NCBI GenBank assembly: GCA_028714475.1
Contig: JAQTNC010000003.1
Location: forward strand, 15,596-79,595
DNA from: Patescibacteria group bacterium
GTDB lineage: Bacteria > Patescibacteriota > Patescibacteriia > SG8-24
Length of the DNA stretch: 64,000 nucleotides
Direction: 5' to 3'
The notes below the pieces were generated by a model that made no database searches, was not told where the DNA came from, and saw only the letters and a list, made by a program, of their open reading frames with translations. Shown piece after piece: positions 18,501 to 29,409 of the stretch. Numbering within the stretch: the stretch's first letter is position 1; every line of letters starts with the position of its first letter. The translations under genes were made by a program, and so were the position numbers.

Positions 18501-21500
18501 TCCACGTCAATCAAATACATCGCGTCCGGCGCCTTTTCGAAAATGACGCGGAAACGCTCCTCAGAAGTGCGCAAGTGTTCCTCCGCCATCCGGCGCCGGG
18601 TTACGTCGCGCATCACGCCGACAAATCCGGACGCCTGACCGGCGGCGTCGCGCTGAATGGCGACGGACGACTCAACCCAACGGGTGACACCGCTCTTGTC
18701 TCGGACGCGGAAGATGACCGGCGCGGCCGATGGCCCGAGCTCCGGCAAGGAACGCCAATACTCCTCGGCCACCTCGCGATCCTCCGGCAGGATGAGGTCG
18801 AGGAAGCGCTTGCCCAGGCACTCCTTCGCTTCATAACCCAATTGCCGCACTTGCGAAGAGCAATAGGTGAGCCATCCGTCAGGGGCGGCGGAAAAGACGA
18901 TCTCGTTGGAGTTGTCGATGATGGTGCGGAGCCGCTGTTCGTTTTCGGCGACGCGTTCCTCGGTCTGCAGGCGCGCGACGACCCCGCCGAAATTCGCCAC
19001 GTAAGCTTCCAAGGCGGCACGGCTCACGGGCGGGATCGTTTCCGCCTGATGGGATGCGAAAAGACAAACGGCCACCAAGCGCTCGGCGTGCCGCACCGGC
19101 AAGACCGCCGCGCAACGCAACCCCTCCTTCTTCATGACCGGACCAGAGGAACCGGCCGACAAGACGGTCGCCTTCAGGTAGGTCGGCGTTCCTTTGGCAA
19201 CCACGGCCAGCAAATCTGAACCTGCCGAATACTGGTAGACTGCCTGGACAAAGCTGTCGCTAAAGTTCCGATGAACGGTGAGCTTGAGCGAACCGTCCGG
19301 TTCGACCAGATAGACCCCGCCGCAATCCACTCCCTCTGCCTGAACAGCGGCCTCAAGCATGATGATGCCGGCTTCGGCCACGGAAGGCGCCAAGGCCAGG
19401 CGCTGGGCGAGCTCGCGCTCCATGTTGACGAGCCCCTCGACGCGCCGGCGTTCGCTGATGTCGCGCAAGGTGCCGATGATGCCGACCATCTGACCCGTCG
19501 GGCTGAAGCGCGCCTTGACCGTCGCCTCCACCCAAATCGGCTCGCCCTGCTCGTTCACGGCTTGGCCAGTCACGACCACCGGTTTCCGCACTTCGGCCAC
19601 ACGGGCCGGATCGGACACGGACGCGGCCTGTTCCCGGTCCTCCGGCACCAGAATCTCGACGAACGGCCGTCCGACGAACTTTTCCGCCTCCTTGCCGAAG
19701 TGCCGAATCTGCGGGCTGACGTATTCGACGCAACCGTCGGTTCCCGCGACAAAAACGGCGTCACTGATGTTTTCCGAATACTCGCGGTACCGCTGTTCCT
19801 CGTCAGCGATCCGCCTTTCCGCGCGCTTCAGTTCAGTGATGTCAGCGGCATAGACGCGGATGGCATCGGGTTCCGCCAAAACCGTCACCGCTTGCCAATA
19901 ACAGGCGTCGCCCACACATACTTCGCGAGCCGCCTGCCCGCTCGACGGCAACCCCTTGACGAAGGCCTCGATGCCCACGAGGAAAGGATGCCCCGAACCG
20001 CGCGCCGCGAGGTCAGGGAAAAGCGCCTTGGCCGCCGGGTTGGCATAGGTGATCTCAAAATGACGATTACATTCGAGCACCGGGTGCGGATTGCGTTCGG
20101 GAAAAGACGACAGCCGTTCCGTCTCCGCCTCCAGGCGCTTGAATTCCGTCATGTCCACGGCCACGCCGCTCATGCCCACGATCTGATCGCCGCGACGCAA
20201 GGGGGTCGTATAGAGGGCGGCCGTGATGACGTGGCCGTCCTTGCCGACCAACCGGTACTCGTTGGCGTGGTGAGTTTCGCCAGCCAACACCTTGGCGATG
20301 TTGGCGGCGGCACGGGCACGATCTTCCGGCGCCACCAAATCCGTGAGCCTGACGCCGGACCGAAAATCCTCGTCCGTGTAGCCGGACAATTCCTTGGCGC
20401 CGCGGTTCCAAAAGACCACCCGCCCCTCCAAATCCGCCGCGAAGACGATTTGCGGCAGGACGTCCATGGATTCGCGGAAGCGCTGTTCGGTTTCGCGCAC
20501 GGCCGACTCGGACTGCCGTTTGGCCTCGCGCAGGCGCAGGATCGCGATGCCGTAGGCCAAATCGTCTGTCAAAGCCATTAGCAAGCCCTCGCTTTCCTTG
20601 TCAAAGGCGTCAACCTCAGATGAAAAAAACTCGATGACGCCGATCGTGCCTTCGGCCAGACGAAGCGGCAAGGTCAGGCTCGATCGCAGGCCTTGCGCCA
20701 AGGCTGCCTGCCGCCACGGCTGGAACGTCGGCTCGGTAGCCAGGTCTTTCGCCAAGACCGGCAAGCCGGTGCGGATGCACGCCCCGGTCGGGCCGCGACC
20801 GCGCTGCGTGTCCGACCAAACCACCTGCAGCTCCTTCAGGAAATCGCCATGGGTGCCCGCGGAGGCGACTGGCCGTACGGTCTTGACCTCGTCTTGCTCG
20901 GCCAGGCCGACCCAAACCAGTCCGTAATCCCCGAAACGCGCGATGATGCTGCAGACGTCGTTCAGAAGAGCCGGCTCGCTGTCCGCCCTGGCCACGGCCT
21001 CATTGACCGCGACCAGGATGCGCAAGGACTTTTCGTGGCCTTTCGCTTGCCGTTCGAGCAGGCGCCGGTTGGTGATGTCGGAGAAAACCGTCACTACCCC
21101 GACGGTCTTGCCGGCCGCATCGCGCAAGGGGGCGGCGTTGACCGACAACATCTTTCGTTTTTCCGCCACGCGAACGGCGAACTCTACGCCCAGGACCGCT
21201 CGGCCGGTGGTCCGAACGACATTGAAAGGCAAGTGTTCTTCCGGGAACGGCCCGCCAGCCACGTCCTCTATCTGCCATCGGAGGTCATTTTGGGGCCGGC
21301 CAATGAATTCGCTGCGGCTGATGCCCAAGACGCCTTCGCCGGCCTCATTCACGAAGGTGAATCGTCCGGCTTCGTCGATCAGCGCCACACCTTCCGGCAC
21401 CGCCTCGATGATGGTCTTCAGCCGATCCGTCTGCTCGCGATTCAGGCGCTCGATTTCCTGCCGCGCGGCCGCGTCATGGATGATGCCGATGATGAGCGAA

Positions 21501-22612
21501 CGCCCCCCTTCCTCAACGGCCGCCAAATCCACTTCTGCCGGCATGTCCGGCTGGTCGCGGCGGCGATAAGCACTCTCGAAGGAAACGCGGCGCTTTTTCA
21601 ACGCCTCCTTCAGGCGCGCGCCGACCAGCTTGTCGAACGGCGCGGCGACGATGTCCTGAAGGTTCATTTCCATGAGTTCGCCGCGCTCGCGGCCGACCGT
21701 CTTGGTCAGGGCACTGTTCACGAAAACGAACCGGCCGTTCTCGTCCACGACATAAATGGCGTCCGCCGTTGAATCCAACAGCCGCGCCTTCAGTGCCAAT
21801 TCATCAACCAGCCGCTGGCGTTCAGTGACGTCCAAACCGGAACTCAAGATGCCAACGACCTGACCTTGGGCATCCCGCAGAATCGTATTGCGCCAAACCA
21901 ACAGCCGCTCCTCGCCGCCATGCGTCACCACCGGGTTCTCGAATGACGGCTGATTCTCGTCTTTCTCCGGCGGCACGGCCATAAGGCGCCGAAACTCCTT
22001 CGTCACGCGCGGCCGAATCGCCGCCGGCAGAAAACTTTCGAACCAGTCCCGACCGACCGCCTCGGCCTTGCTGACGCCCAGGATGTCCGCGCCCGTCTGG
22101 TTGATGGCCGTGACGCGCCCGCTCGCGTCCAAGGCGACCAGCATGGCGTTCGCCGTATCGAAATAGCGTTCGGCCCTGGTCTTCTCGAGGCTGATGGTTT
22201 CCTCGACTTGCCACCGGTCGGTGATGTCCCTTGAGACGACGCAGGCAAATTCCTGTTCGCCGGCCACGACGTAGCTCATGGTGGATTCGACCGGATAAAT
22301 CGTTCCGTCATGACGGCGATGAAACGATTCCATCACCCGGGACTGCCGATTCCTGATGTCGCCCCAGAACTGCTCCCACGTCTCCTTGGTTGCCCCTTCG
22401 CAGAAATCCGTGAGCCGCATCTTCAAAAGGCGGCTGCGGCCGTAACCGAGCGCCTTGACTGCCGCCTCGTTCACATAGTGGATTTCCGCTGACGCACCGA
22501 CCCAATAAACCTCGTCCGCCGAGGCCTCCAAAGTGGCGAGAGCCAACAAACAATCCTGGGCGGCCGTTCCAGCCGTCTTGTTGGCATTTGGAGCCTCTTT
22601 TTCCTGGACCAT
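15548..22612 (-). CDS. Giant cytoplasmic multi-PAS/GAF sensor histidine kinase (2354 aa; roughly 15 or more PAS/GAF modules, HisKA, HATPase_c)
   Basis: Single uninterrupted 7.06 kb ORF. The C-terminal HisKA/HATPase region is paralogous to that of the upstream kinase (FYRATNAPL...GLGLYVARYF vs FYRATNALL...GLGLSIAKHY). No response regulator is adjacent. Confidence 0.9.
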   Translation of the reverse strand: MVQEKEAPNANKTAGTAAQDCLLALATLEASADEVYWVGASAEIHYVNEAAVKALGYGRSRLLKMRLTDFCEGATKETWEQFWGDIRNRQSRVMESFHRRHDGTIYPVESTMSYVVAGEQEFACVVSRDITDRWQVEETISLEKTRAERYFDTANAMLVALDASGRVTAINQTGADILGVSKAEAVGRDWFESFLPAAIRPRVTKEFRRLMAVPPEKDENQPSFENPVVTHGGEERLLVWRNTILRDAQGQVVGILSSGLDVTERQRLVDELALKARLLDSTADAIYVVDENGRFVFVNSALTKTVGRERGELMEMNLQDIVAAPFDKLVGARLKEALKKRRVSFESAYRRRDQPDMPAEVDLAAVEEGGRSLIIGIIHDAAARQEIERLNREQTDRLKTIIEAVPEGVALIDEAGRFTFVNEAGEGVLGISRSEFIGRPQNDLRWQIEDVAGGPFPEEHLPFNVVRTTGRAVLGVEFAVRVAEKRKMLSVNAAPLRDAAGKTVGVVTVFSDITNRRLLERQAKGHEKSLRILVAVNEAVARADSEPALLNDVCSIIARFGDYGLVWVGLAEQDEVKTVRPVASAGTHGDFLKELQVVWSDTQRGRGPTGACIRTGLPVLAKDLATEPTFQPWRQAALAQGLRSSLTLPLRLAEGTIGVIEFFSSEVDAFDKESEGLLMALTDDLAYGIAILRLREAKRQSESAVRETEQRFRESMDVLPQIVFAADLEGRVVFWNRGAKELSGYTDEDFRSGVRLTDLVAPEDRARAAANIAKVLAGETHHANEYRLVGKDGHVITAALYTTPLRRGDQIVGMSGVAVDMTEFKRLEAETERLSSFPERNPHPVLECNRHFEITYANPAAKALFPDLAARGSGHPFLVGIEAFVKGLPSSGQAAREVCVGDACYWQAVTVLAEPDAIRVYAADITELKRAERRIADEEQRYREYSENISDAVFVAGTDGCVEYVSPQIRHFGKEAEKFVGRPFVEILVPEDREQAASVSDPARVAEVRKPVVVTGQAVNEQGEPIWVEATVKARFSPTGQMVGIIGTLRDISERRRVEGLVNMERELAQRLALAPSVAEAGIIMLEAAVQAEGVDCGGVYLVEPDGSLKLTVHRNFSDSFVQAVYQYSAGSDLLAVVAKGTPTYLKATVLSAGSSGPVMKKEGLRCAAVLPVRHAERLVAVCLFASHQAETIPPVSRAALEAYVANFGGVVARLQTEERVAENEQRLRTIIDNSNEIVFSAAPDGWLTYCSSQVRQLGYEAKECLGKRFLDLILPEDREVAEEYWRSLPELGPSAAPVIFRVRDKSGVTRWVESSVAIQRDAAGQASGFVGVMRDVTRRRMAEEHLRTSEERFRVIFEKAPDAMYLIDVETGAFVDVNYQMAALNGVSREDLIGQVAAKTDPATPEDEKILQGINQMVASGQPVPPTVFSAKVPNHADIISIEITAYPVEAQGRRMMLGIARDITDRVKAGKALAENEARYRAFAENSPDIIFTLDRDGKVTYVSPQCRRLGRAPEEIVGRSFMEIGLIVAEDAENVAAMFTREMETGEEVRIEFRVRDRSGNVHWMEESDHVQRDPAGKIIGLTGVLHDITERKLAEGALMESEARYRAIVEGSSDVVNVVDGTGRITFLSPQASRFGYGPGDIGRNILEVIHPDDRERVAAELQMTLTTGEQHPMQMRIVSPQGKIFWVEEIGRVQRDEQGRPVGVISLVRDITERHEAEKALAESERRYRLLAENVYDVVFSVDPKGILDYVSPQASRLGLMPEKAVGRPLMDFVADEDRPRVEKQMRDEMAHGGHPSGQPVIVRLKRDGERAVWLEAVVRQRLDEHGQPHGVIGALRDVTERRVAEEALAESQQRYASLLDNLAVAVYRRTPGPQGRFVDLNDAAAVMFEAASRDELNSHPIADLYVNDRDREAFEKDLQEKGTLRDYPLQLRTLKGRPILCEVTAVYRRGPSGGYFDCIVEDITERRQTETQLAEERERSQTLLSGLPVGVFRCLADPEGKFLYANPAAVSLLEVDSLEHLLTLPLNDLRVDESAWGQMLARLNDIGQLKNEEIMVKTFKGRKIWVRLSVSRQTDAAGHAYLDGLVQDITASRQAEGRLRDAERLQNKLNQFVSQQLRMPLASVNWNIQAMLEGQIGELPSAQKEFLRVVRDETNDVIRNIGEMLTAVDIQEGRTVLNREEFSADSLWEAVHRSLASRCAAKILTVDLVKPTGPLPVVYADPDKVRLAMTALFENAVDYSPSNGHITVKLSFSPQAIRFEVADRGIGIPRAEQHRIGERFYRATNAPLMKPDSSGLGLYVARYFAERHGGRLGFESTEGEGSTFWFELPVDSAQHRPLTDVVMQPQNH

Positions 22613-22789
22613 AGGGTGTCTTGCTCTTGCTGCCGCGGCCTTACATATATCATTAACAGTTTAGCACAAGCTGGCCGCCACCCAAAACGGGATGTCAGGG
22701 AAAGTAAAAAGGTGGAGTTTAGAGTTGAAAGTTAAGGGTGTTTTTGACTTTTTACCCTGCCCTTCTCGCGGCGTCACGGCGCCAATACA

Positions 22790-24322
22790 TCACCGCAAAA
22801 ACACCAGCGCCGCCTGACCGTCCGTGAAGAAAAGGTCGCCGGTCTCGTTCTTGCCCAGGGTCGGGTCAACGACGCCCATGAGATTTGTCTTCTCCACGTT
22901 CCCGGTCGCCGCCAGGTCATTCGTCGTTTTTTCGCGCTCCTTATCCACGGCCGGGTCGATGGAATGTGCCGGCACGAACAGCGAGGATTTCAGCTTCAGC
23001 CCCTTGTCGTAATGAGCCGTACCGACCCAGACGCGGCGTTCGCCGGTCGTCACGAAGGGCGTGCTCCAAAAATGGACGTGATGCCGCTCGCGGATGGTCT
23101 GGCGCAGGGTGGACTGCTCGTAGGCGAAGTCGTTTGGCCGCCCGTTCCAGAAGGCCGGGATGCCCGGTCCGGTCGGGTACGGTCCGTTGGTCAAGCCGGC
23201 CGCGAGCATCCGGCAGAAGCTTTTCGGGTTGATCCGGTCGGTCAACATCCAGCCGGCGTCGGTAAAGGCCTTGTTCACCTGTTCGCGCGTTCCCACCATG
23301 ATGACGTTAATCGGCTCCTTCGTGGCGCCGGTGATGCTTTCGCTCTGCCGCGGCAACTCCGTGAAGAGCCGCGTCGAGATTTCCTCGGGCGCCAGGTAGA
23401 AACTTGCGGCTTGTTCCTCATCCGTCACGGCCTGCAACGGATGGCTGACGAAATACGCCAGGAAAAATCCTGACCAGAGCGCTCCGGCGACAGCGGCATA
23501 GGCCATGAGTCGGCGGCGGCTCAAGATCGGCGCCGGGTCGCGGTGCCGATAGCGCCGGCGGATTTCCAAAGTCGTGATGAGCGCCGTGAGCCAGGCGGCG
23601 CCGGCGGCGTAGCTCGCGAAAACGTCGGACGGCCAATGGGCGCCGAGATAGACGCGCGAGAAGCCGATGGTCATGACCAACGCCGCGCCGGCCACGACCG
23701 TCAGCCAGCGGAGAAGGCGGTGTCGGATCTTGCGGAACAGGAAATAGGTCAACAGCCCGTAAAAGGCCACGGAAACCAGGGTGTGACTGCTCGGGAAGCT
23801 TGACCCATGGGTGTGGACGAGGACATTCACCAGTTCCGGCCGCGGCCGCTGGATGATCCAGCCGACCAGCCAGGCAAACACCTCGGCGCCGGCGACCGAC
23901 ACGATGAGCGCCATCAGGGCATACCGGCGGCGGTCGAGTGCCAGAACCGCGCCGACCGCCGCCACGCCCGCGAAAACCACCGGCCATTCGCCAAGGTCAG
24001 TGACGAGCAGCATGACGCGATTGAAAGCCGGCCCGCGCAGAACCTGTAGGAGGTTGATGATGTTAAGGTCGGACTGCAGGATTGGCTGCGGCCCGATGAA
24101 ATCCACCGTCACGCCGAAGAACAAATAAACGAAAAACGCGGCCACCACGGTGCCGATCGTCAGATACAGGCCAAATTCCTCGTCCGACGTCAGCCGACGA
24201 CGGATGAACTTGACGAGCCGCGGATGACGCGCCAAGAAATGGCGCCACTCGGCGTCATGGGCCACGCCGCGGCTGGCGCCGCGCCAAGCCGATTGGCAAA
24301 CGGATTTGATTAGGCGGAACAT
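22790..24322 (-). CDS. PAP2-family phosphatase fused to a C-terminal LssY-like domain (membrane)
   Basis: 510 aa with multiple TM helices. PAP2 motifs (...PSSHT... SRVYLGAHWPSDV) precede a soluble C-terminal domain. Confidence 0.75.
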   Translation of the reverse strand: MFRLIKSVCQSAWRGASRGVAHDAEWRHFLARHPRLVKFIRRRLTSDEEFGLYLTIGTVVAAFFVYLFFGVTVDFIGPQPILQSDLNIINLLQVLRGPAFNRVMLLVTDLGEWPVVFAGVAAVGAVLALDRRRYALMALIVSVAGAEVFAWLVGWIIQRPRPELVNVLVHTHGSSFPSSHTLVSVAFYGLLTYFLFRKIRHRLLRWLTVVAGAALVMTIGFSRVYLGAHWPSDVFASYAAGAAWLTALITTLEIRRRYRHRDPAPILSRRRLMAYAAVAGALWSGFFLAYFVSHPLQAVTDEEQAASFYLAPEEISTRLFTELPRQSESITGATKEPINVIMVGTREQVNKAFTDAGWMLTDRINPKSFCRMLAAGLTNGPYPTGPGIPAFWNGRPNDFAYEQSTLRQTIRERHHVHFWSTPFVTTGERRVWVGTAHYDKGLKLKSSLFVPAHSIDPAVDKEREKTTNDLAATGNVEKTNLMGVVDPTLGKNETGDLFFTDGQAALVFLR

Positions 24323-24433
24323 GGGTGGGGGGTTGTGGAGAGACAGAGAGACAAAGAGACAGAGAATCAGGGGTGCCTTACCACTATGTCTCTATGTCAC
24401 TATATCACTATGTCACCATGTCTCTATGTCACT
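24323..24433. repeat. GAGAGACAGAG / CACTATGTCTC tandem-repeat block 5' of the PAP2 gene
   Basis: ggagagacagagagacaaagagacagag...cactatgtctctatgtcactatatcactatgtcaccatgtctctatgtcac. Confidence 0.55.
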
Positions 24434-25345
24434 TCAATTCCCGTTTGGCGAATCATCCGGCGGCGCAACGACCGGTTCGGGTTGTCGGAAAATCGCGGCG
24501 AATCGCCTCATGTCTTCGGTCGCCGACACGGACTGCAGGTGAAAGACGGTCTCGTCAGAATTGTTGACGCCGCCGGGGAAAGCGCGCGCCGCTCGGTAGC
24601 CAGCCGCCTTGACTGCCGCCTCCTCCTCGGGCGACGTCACGCCGAACGGATAAGCGAACAGATCCACGATCACACCCAATTCTCGCTCGAGCGCCGTCTT
24701 GCTGCCGGACACTTCGGCAGCCATGGTTTTCTCGTCCTTGACCTTATGAAGGAACGGGTGCGTCTTTGAATGACAACCGATGGTCATGCCGCGGTCAAGA
24801 AGATCGCGCAACTGATCCCAAGTCATGAAGCGCTTGTCGCGGCCAATGGGGTTCGTGAAGACGAAGAAAGTGGCGTTGTAACCGTATTTCTCCAGGATGG
24901 GGGCGGCGTTCGCATACTGGTTTTCCCAGCCGTCGTCGAGCGTGATGACCACGGCCTTGGGCGGCAACACCTTGGCACCGCTCGTGGCCGCGACAAAGTC
25001 AGTGAGCGAAATGACCGCGTAGCCGTTATCGTGCAGAAAACGCATCTGCGTCTCGAAGGCGGTGACCGTAACGTCATAAACGGATTTCGGCTTGTCCTCG
25101 ACCACCTTGTGATAAACCAAAATTGGCGCGGTCACGGCGGTGCCGGACTTGATAGCCGCGACCAGCTCCACTACTGAAGGCGTCACCGTCACGGTCTCGC
25201 TCACCGGCGGTGGCATTTTGGCTTGATATGACTGGATCCTCTCGACGGCATCCTGCGGATCGGCGGCCGGCCAAAGGATGATGGCCGAGAGTGCCGCCAC
25301 CGCGAAGCTGCCAACGGCGATGACGTAAATCAAGTACCTGGGCAT
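24434..25345 (-). CDS. Polysaccharide deacetylase (NodB-homology domain) with an N-terminal signal anchor
   Basis: 303 aa. Contains ILVYHKV...TLDDGW...IGCHSKTHP motifs of the carbohydrate esterase 4 / NodB domain. Confidence 0.85.
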   Translation of the reverse strand: MPRYLIYVIAVGSFAVAALSAIILWPAADPQDAVERIQSYQAKMPPPVSETVTVTPSVVELVAAIKSGTAVTAPILVYHKVVEDKPKSVYDVTVTAFETQMRFLHDNGYAVISLTDFVAATSGAKVLPPKAVVITLDDGWENQYANAAPILEKYGYNATFFVFTNPIGRDKRFMTWDQLRDLLDRGMTIGCHSKTHPFLHKVKDEKTMAAEVSGSKTALERELGVIVDLFAYPFGVTSPEEEAAVKAAGYRAARAFPGGVNNSDETVFHLQSVSATEDMRRFAAIFRQPEPVVAPPDDSPNGN

Positions 25346-25353
25346 AGGGGTAA

Positions 25354-25409
25354 TGGAGTGCTGGAGTGCTGGAGTGCTGGAGTGCTGGAGTGCTGGAGTG
25401 CTGGAGTGC
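25354..25409. repeat. Perfect tandem repeat (GGAGTGCT)x7, followed downstream (25460..25535) by imperfect complementary CTTCAGCACTTCAGTACT copies
   Basis: Seven identical 8-mers were counted directly, starting 8 bp upstream of the deacetylase start codon. A similar CTGGAGT / TTCAGCACT block lies at 28640..28735. Confidence 0.7.
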
Positions 25410-25540
25410 TGGAGTGCTGGCTAATTATGGTGGGTAAATTTTTTGTCAAGTAATTTTTTCTTCAGCACTTCAGTACTTTTGCACTTATGCACTGACTTCT
25501 TCAGCACTTCAGTACTCCCCAACTTCAGCACTACCATGCT

Positions 25541-27157
<1,617 letters not shown>

Positions 27158-27320
27158 ATTAATAAATGCGACCCGACGCCAGCCGGGCCGCTTCCTTCCC
27201 TGCGGCGGAAACAGTGGCTCGAGTCCGTTAAAAGCCCTGATAGCAGGACTATAAGCAAGGCTTAATATACGCTAATCGCCACCTGGCGTCAATGCTCCAC
27301 GGACGGGTCTTTCCTTAGCC

Positions 27321-27354
27321 AACAAAAAACGACGGATCCGAGAGCGGTTCCGTC
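27321..27354 (-). terminator. Rho-independent terminator
   Basis: The hairpin cgacggatccgagagcggttccgtcg, with an A-run on plus (a T-run on the minus-strand RNA). It lies downstream of the gene 27394..27714. Confidence 0.7.
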
Positions 27355-27393
27355 GCTTGGCGCCAAAGGCGCGAGAGGGGCACAGGGTGGCGT

Positions 27394-27714
27394 TCAGTCG
27401 CTGCCGGTAAGTTCGTCGTCGTCCGGCTCGACCGCGCGCGAGGGCATCACCTCGACCCCAGGCCGGAGCTTCCAGCGATTGGTCTTGGCTCCCTCCGGCG
27501 AAGGCTCGATGAAGTGGCCCTCGATGAGCGGCGTTGTCACGGCCGTGGCGACGTCGTAATGGCTCTCTCGACCGTTCGCGTCCACGACGACGGCTTCGGA
27601 CCGCCCCCGTCCGCCGATGAGCAGGAGGTTGCGTTCACGTTGACCCGAGGCCAACAGGGACAGAACTGCGGATGGGCTGCTAATCATTGCGAATTCTCCT
27701 TTGTGACCTACCAT
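27394..27714 (-). CDS. Hypothetical protein
   Basis: 106 aa ORF followed by a clean terminator. No recognisable domain. Confidence 0.45.
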   Translation of the reverse strand: MVGHKGEFAMISSPSAVLSLLASGQRERNLLLIGGRGRSEAVVVDANGRESHYDVATAVTTPLIEGHFIEPSPEGAKTNRWKLRPGVEVMPSRAVEPDDDELTGSD

Positions 27715-27822
27715 TCAAGGCTTACGGGCACCTCGAAAAGACCACAACCTGACTTTTAACCATTTTATTCAATTTGTCAAGCCCGCCTGAACTTCTAAGG
27801 GTTTTCCCTGTCGGGATAGACC

Positions 27823-28626
27823 CTAAGTCGCGTCCACCCCCATCTCGATGGCGCGGCGGATCTGCGGCAGGTCCTCCGGCGCGATTTTCGCCAAGGCGTT
27901 GCCGGGATATTGCTGGATGATGCGCACGCCTTCCTTATCAAGGTCAATGCGGTTCGTACCGGCGAGAATCAAATTTGGTTCGCGGACCTCGCCGGAAAAC
28001 GGCCCGCCGGTGATGAAACAGCGCCGCGCGTCCATGATGACAAGATGCGGCCGTATGACCGAAGCGAGCTCGCCAATCTTTTCCTGCAGATGACCCGCGT
28101 GCAGGGCGAGACGCTCCCCTTTCTTCATGAACCCGATTGCCAGCTTGAGCGCGCCGGTGTATTGGGCATACTTGTGCGTCTTGAGGCAGGGCAAGAAAAT
28201 CACCTTCTCGAAATCGTCGAGAGCGGCGGGAACGGAAATGCATTTCAAATATTTTCCGCCGACCACGTCGCGCTGAACCCAACGGCCGCTGTCGAAGGGA
28301 CTGACGCGCAGCCACGGCCTGGTCTCGGCCAAATACGTTAACCCCGTCTGCTCCATCACGCGACGCGTGTCCGCCACCAAGGTCGAGGAGTCCGCAATCG
28401 TGACTTCCGCGGCGCCAGCGGCTTGGCAGGCATCGGCCACGGCGGCCACGAAGGCCGCGTCGCTTGATGCCGGAAAAGCGTCGGCCGTGTTGCAGTTCAC
28501 CTTCAGCAGGACGCGGTCTCCGAGCGCGATGAACCGGCCGAAACCGCCCAATTGCCCGACCGCTTCGGCAACCGACGCCGCCAAATCACCGCTGAATGTT
28601 GCTTGCCCGATTTTTTCATGATTCAT
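27823..28626 (-). CDS. DUF362-domain protein
   Basis: 267 aa with the LLKVNCN and CLKTHKYAQ motifs characteristic of DUF362. Confidence 0.7.
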   Translation of the reverse strand: MNHEKIGQATFSGDLAASVAEAVGQLGGFGRFIALGDRVLLKVNCNTADAFPASSDAAFVAAVADACQAAGAAEVTIADSSTLVADTRRVMEQTGLTYLAETRPWLRVSPFDSGRWVQRDVVGGKYLKCISVPAALDDFEKVIFLPCLKTHKYAQYTGALKLAIGFMKKGERLALHAGHLQEKIGELASVIRPHLVIMDARRCFITGGPFSGEVREPNLILAGTNRIDLDKEGVRIIQQYPGNALAKIAPEDLPQIRRAIEMGVDAT

Positions 28627-28639
28627 ATGGATAACGCTA

Positions 28640-28735
28640 AAATGCTGGAGTTCTGGATTGCTGAAGAATCTTCAGCGCTTCAGAGCTTCCCCGCTCCAGC
28701 ACTGACATCTTCAGCACTCTTACATAATACCACTT
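28640..28735. repeat. CTGGAGT / TTCAGCACT short-repeat block in the divergent promoter region between the DUF362 and DedA genes
   Basis: gctggagttctggattgctgaagaatcttcagcgcttcagagcttccccgctccagcactgacatcttcagcactc. Same motif family as 25354..25535. Confidence 0.5.
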
Positions 28736-28778
28736 CGACACCTTGAAAGAGCAGCGCGCGTCCGCTAGAATTCAAGCC

Positions 28779-29393
28779 ATGTTCGACGCCCTCGCCAGCT
28801 TCATCACCGTGAACATCGCCGCGTTCGGCTACGCGGCCGTCGTTTTTCTCATGGGCGTGGAGTCGGCCAACCTGCCGGTGCCAAGCGAGATTGTCCTTCC
28901 ATACGCCGGTTTTCTCGTCGCGCAGGGCCAGATGAACTTTCACGCGGCTGCCTTGGCCGGTGCCGTCGGCTGCCTCTGGGGCTCGCTCGTTTCCTATTGG
29001 CTCGGCGTCCGTTTCGGCCGGCCTTTCATCGAGAAACACGGCCGTTGGTTCATGCTCGGGCCAAAGGAGCTCGCCCACGGCGACCGCCTGTTCGCCCGTT
29101 ACGGGCAGACGGCCGCCTTCATCGCCCGCCTTCTGCCGGTCGTGCGCACTTTCATCTCTCTCATCGCCGGCATCTGGCGCATCCGGCTCCTGCCTTTTGC
29201 GATCATGACCTTCATCGGCTCCTGGGCCTGGTCTTACCTGCTCGTCTATGTCGGCTGGAAGCTTGGGCAGAACTGGGAAATGTTGCGCCCGCTCTGGCAC
29301 CGCTTTGACGCCATCATCATTTCCCTTGGTCTGGCCGCCGTGCTCGGCTATGTCATCCATCACGTGCGTCCGTGGCAACGGCCGAAAAGATAG
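28779..29393 (+). CDS. DedA / TVP38 family membrane protein
   Basis: ORF 28743..29393 (TTG start in the track); ATG at 28779 preferred (MFDALASFITVNIAAFGYAAVVFLMGVESANLPVPSE...). DedA signature present. Confidence 0.8.
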   Translation: MFDALASFITVNIAAFGYAAVVFLMGVESANLPVPSEIVLPYAGFLVAQGQMNFHAAALAGAVGCLWGSLVSYWLGVRFGRPFIEKHGRWFMLGPKELAHGDRLFARYGQTAAFIARLLPVVRTFISLIAGIWRIRLLPFAIMTFIGSWAWSYLLVYVGWKLGQNWEMLRPLWHRFDAIIISLGLAAVLGYVIHHVRPWQRPKR

Positions 29394-29409
29394 GACACAA
29401 AGATATTTT

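Noticed and set aside
25354-25409. A possible CRISPR array or minisatellite coding region
   Set aside because: It is a pure 8-mer array with no spacers; it lies in the intergenic region directly upstream of a start codon, and it is too short for CRISPR.
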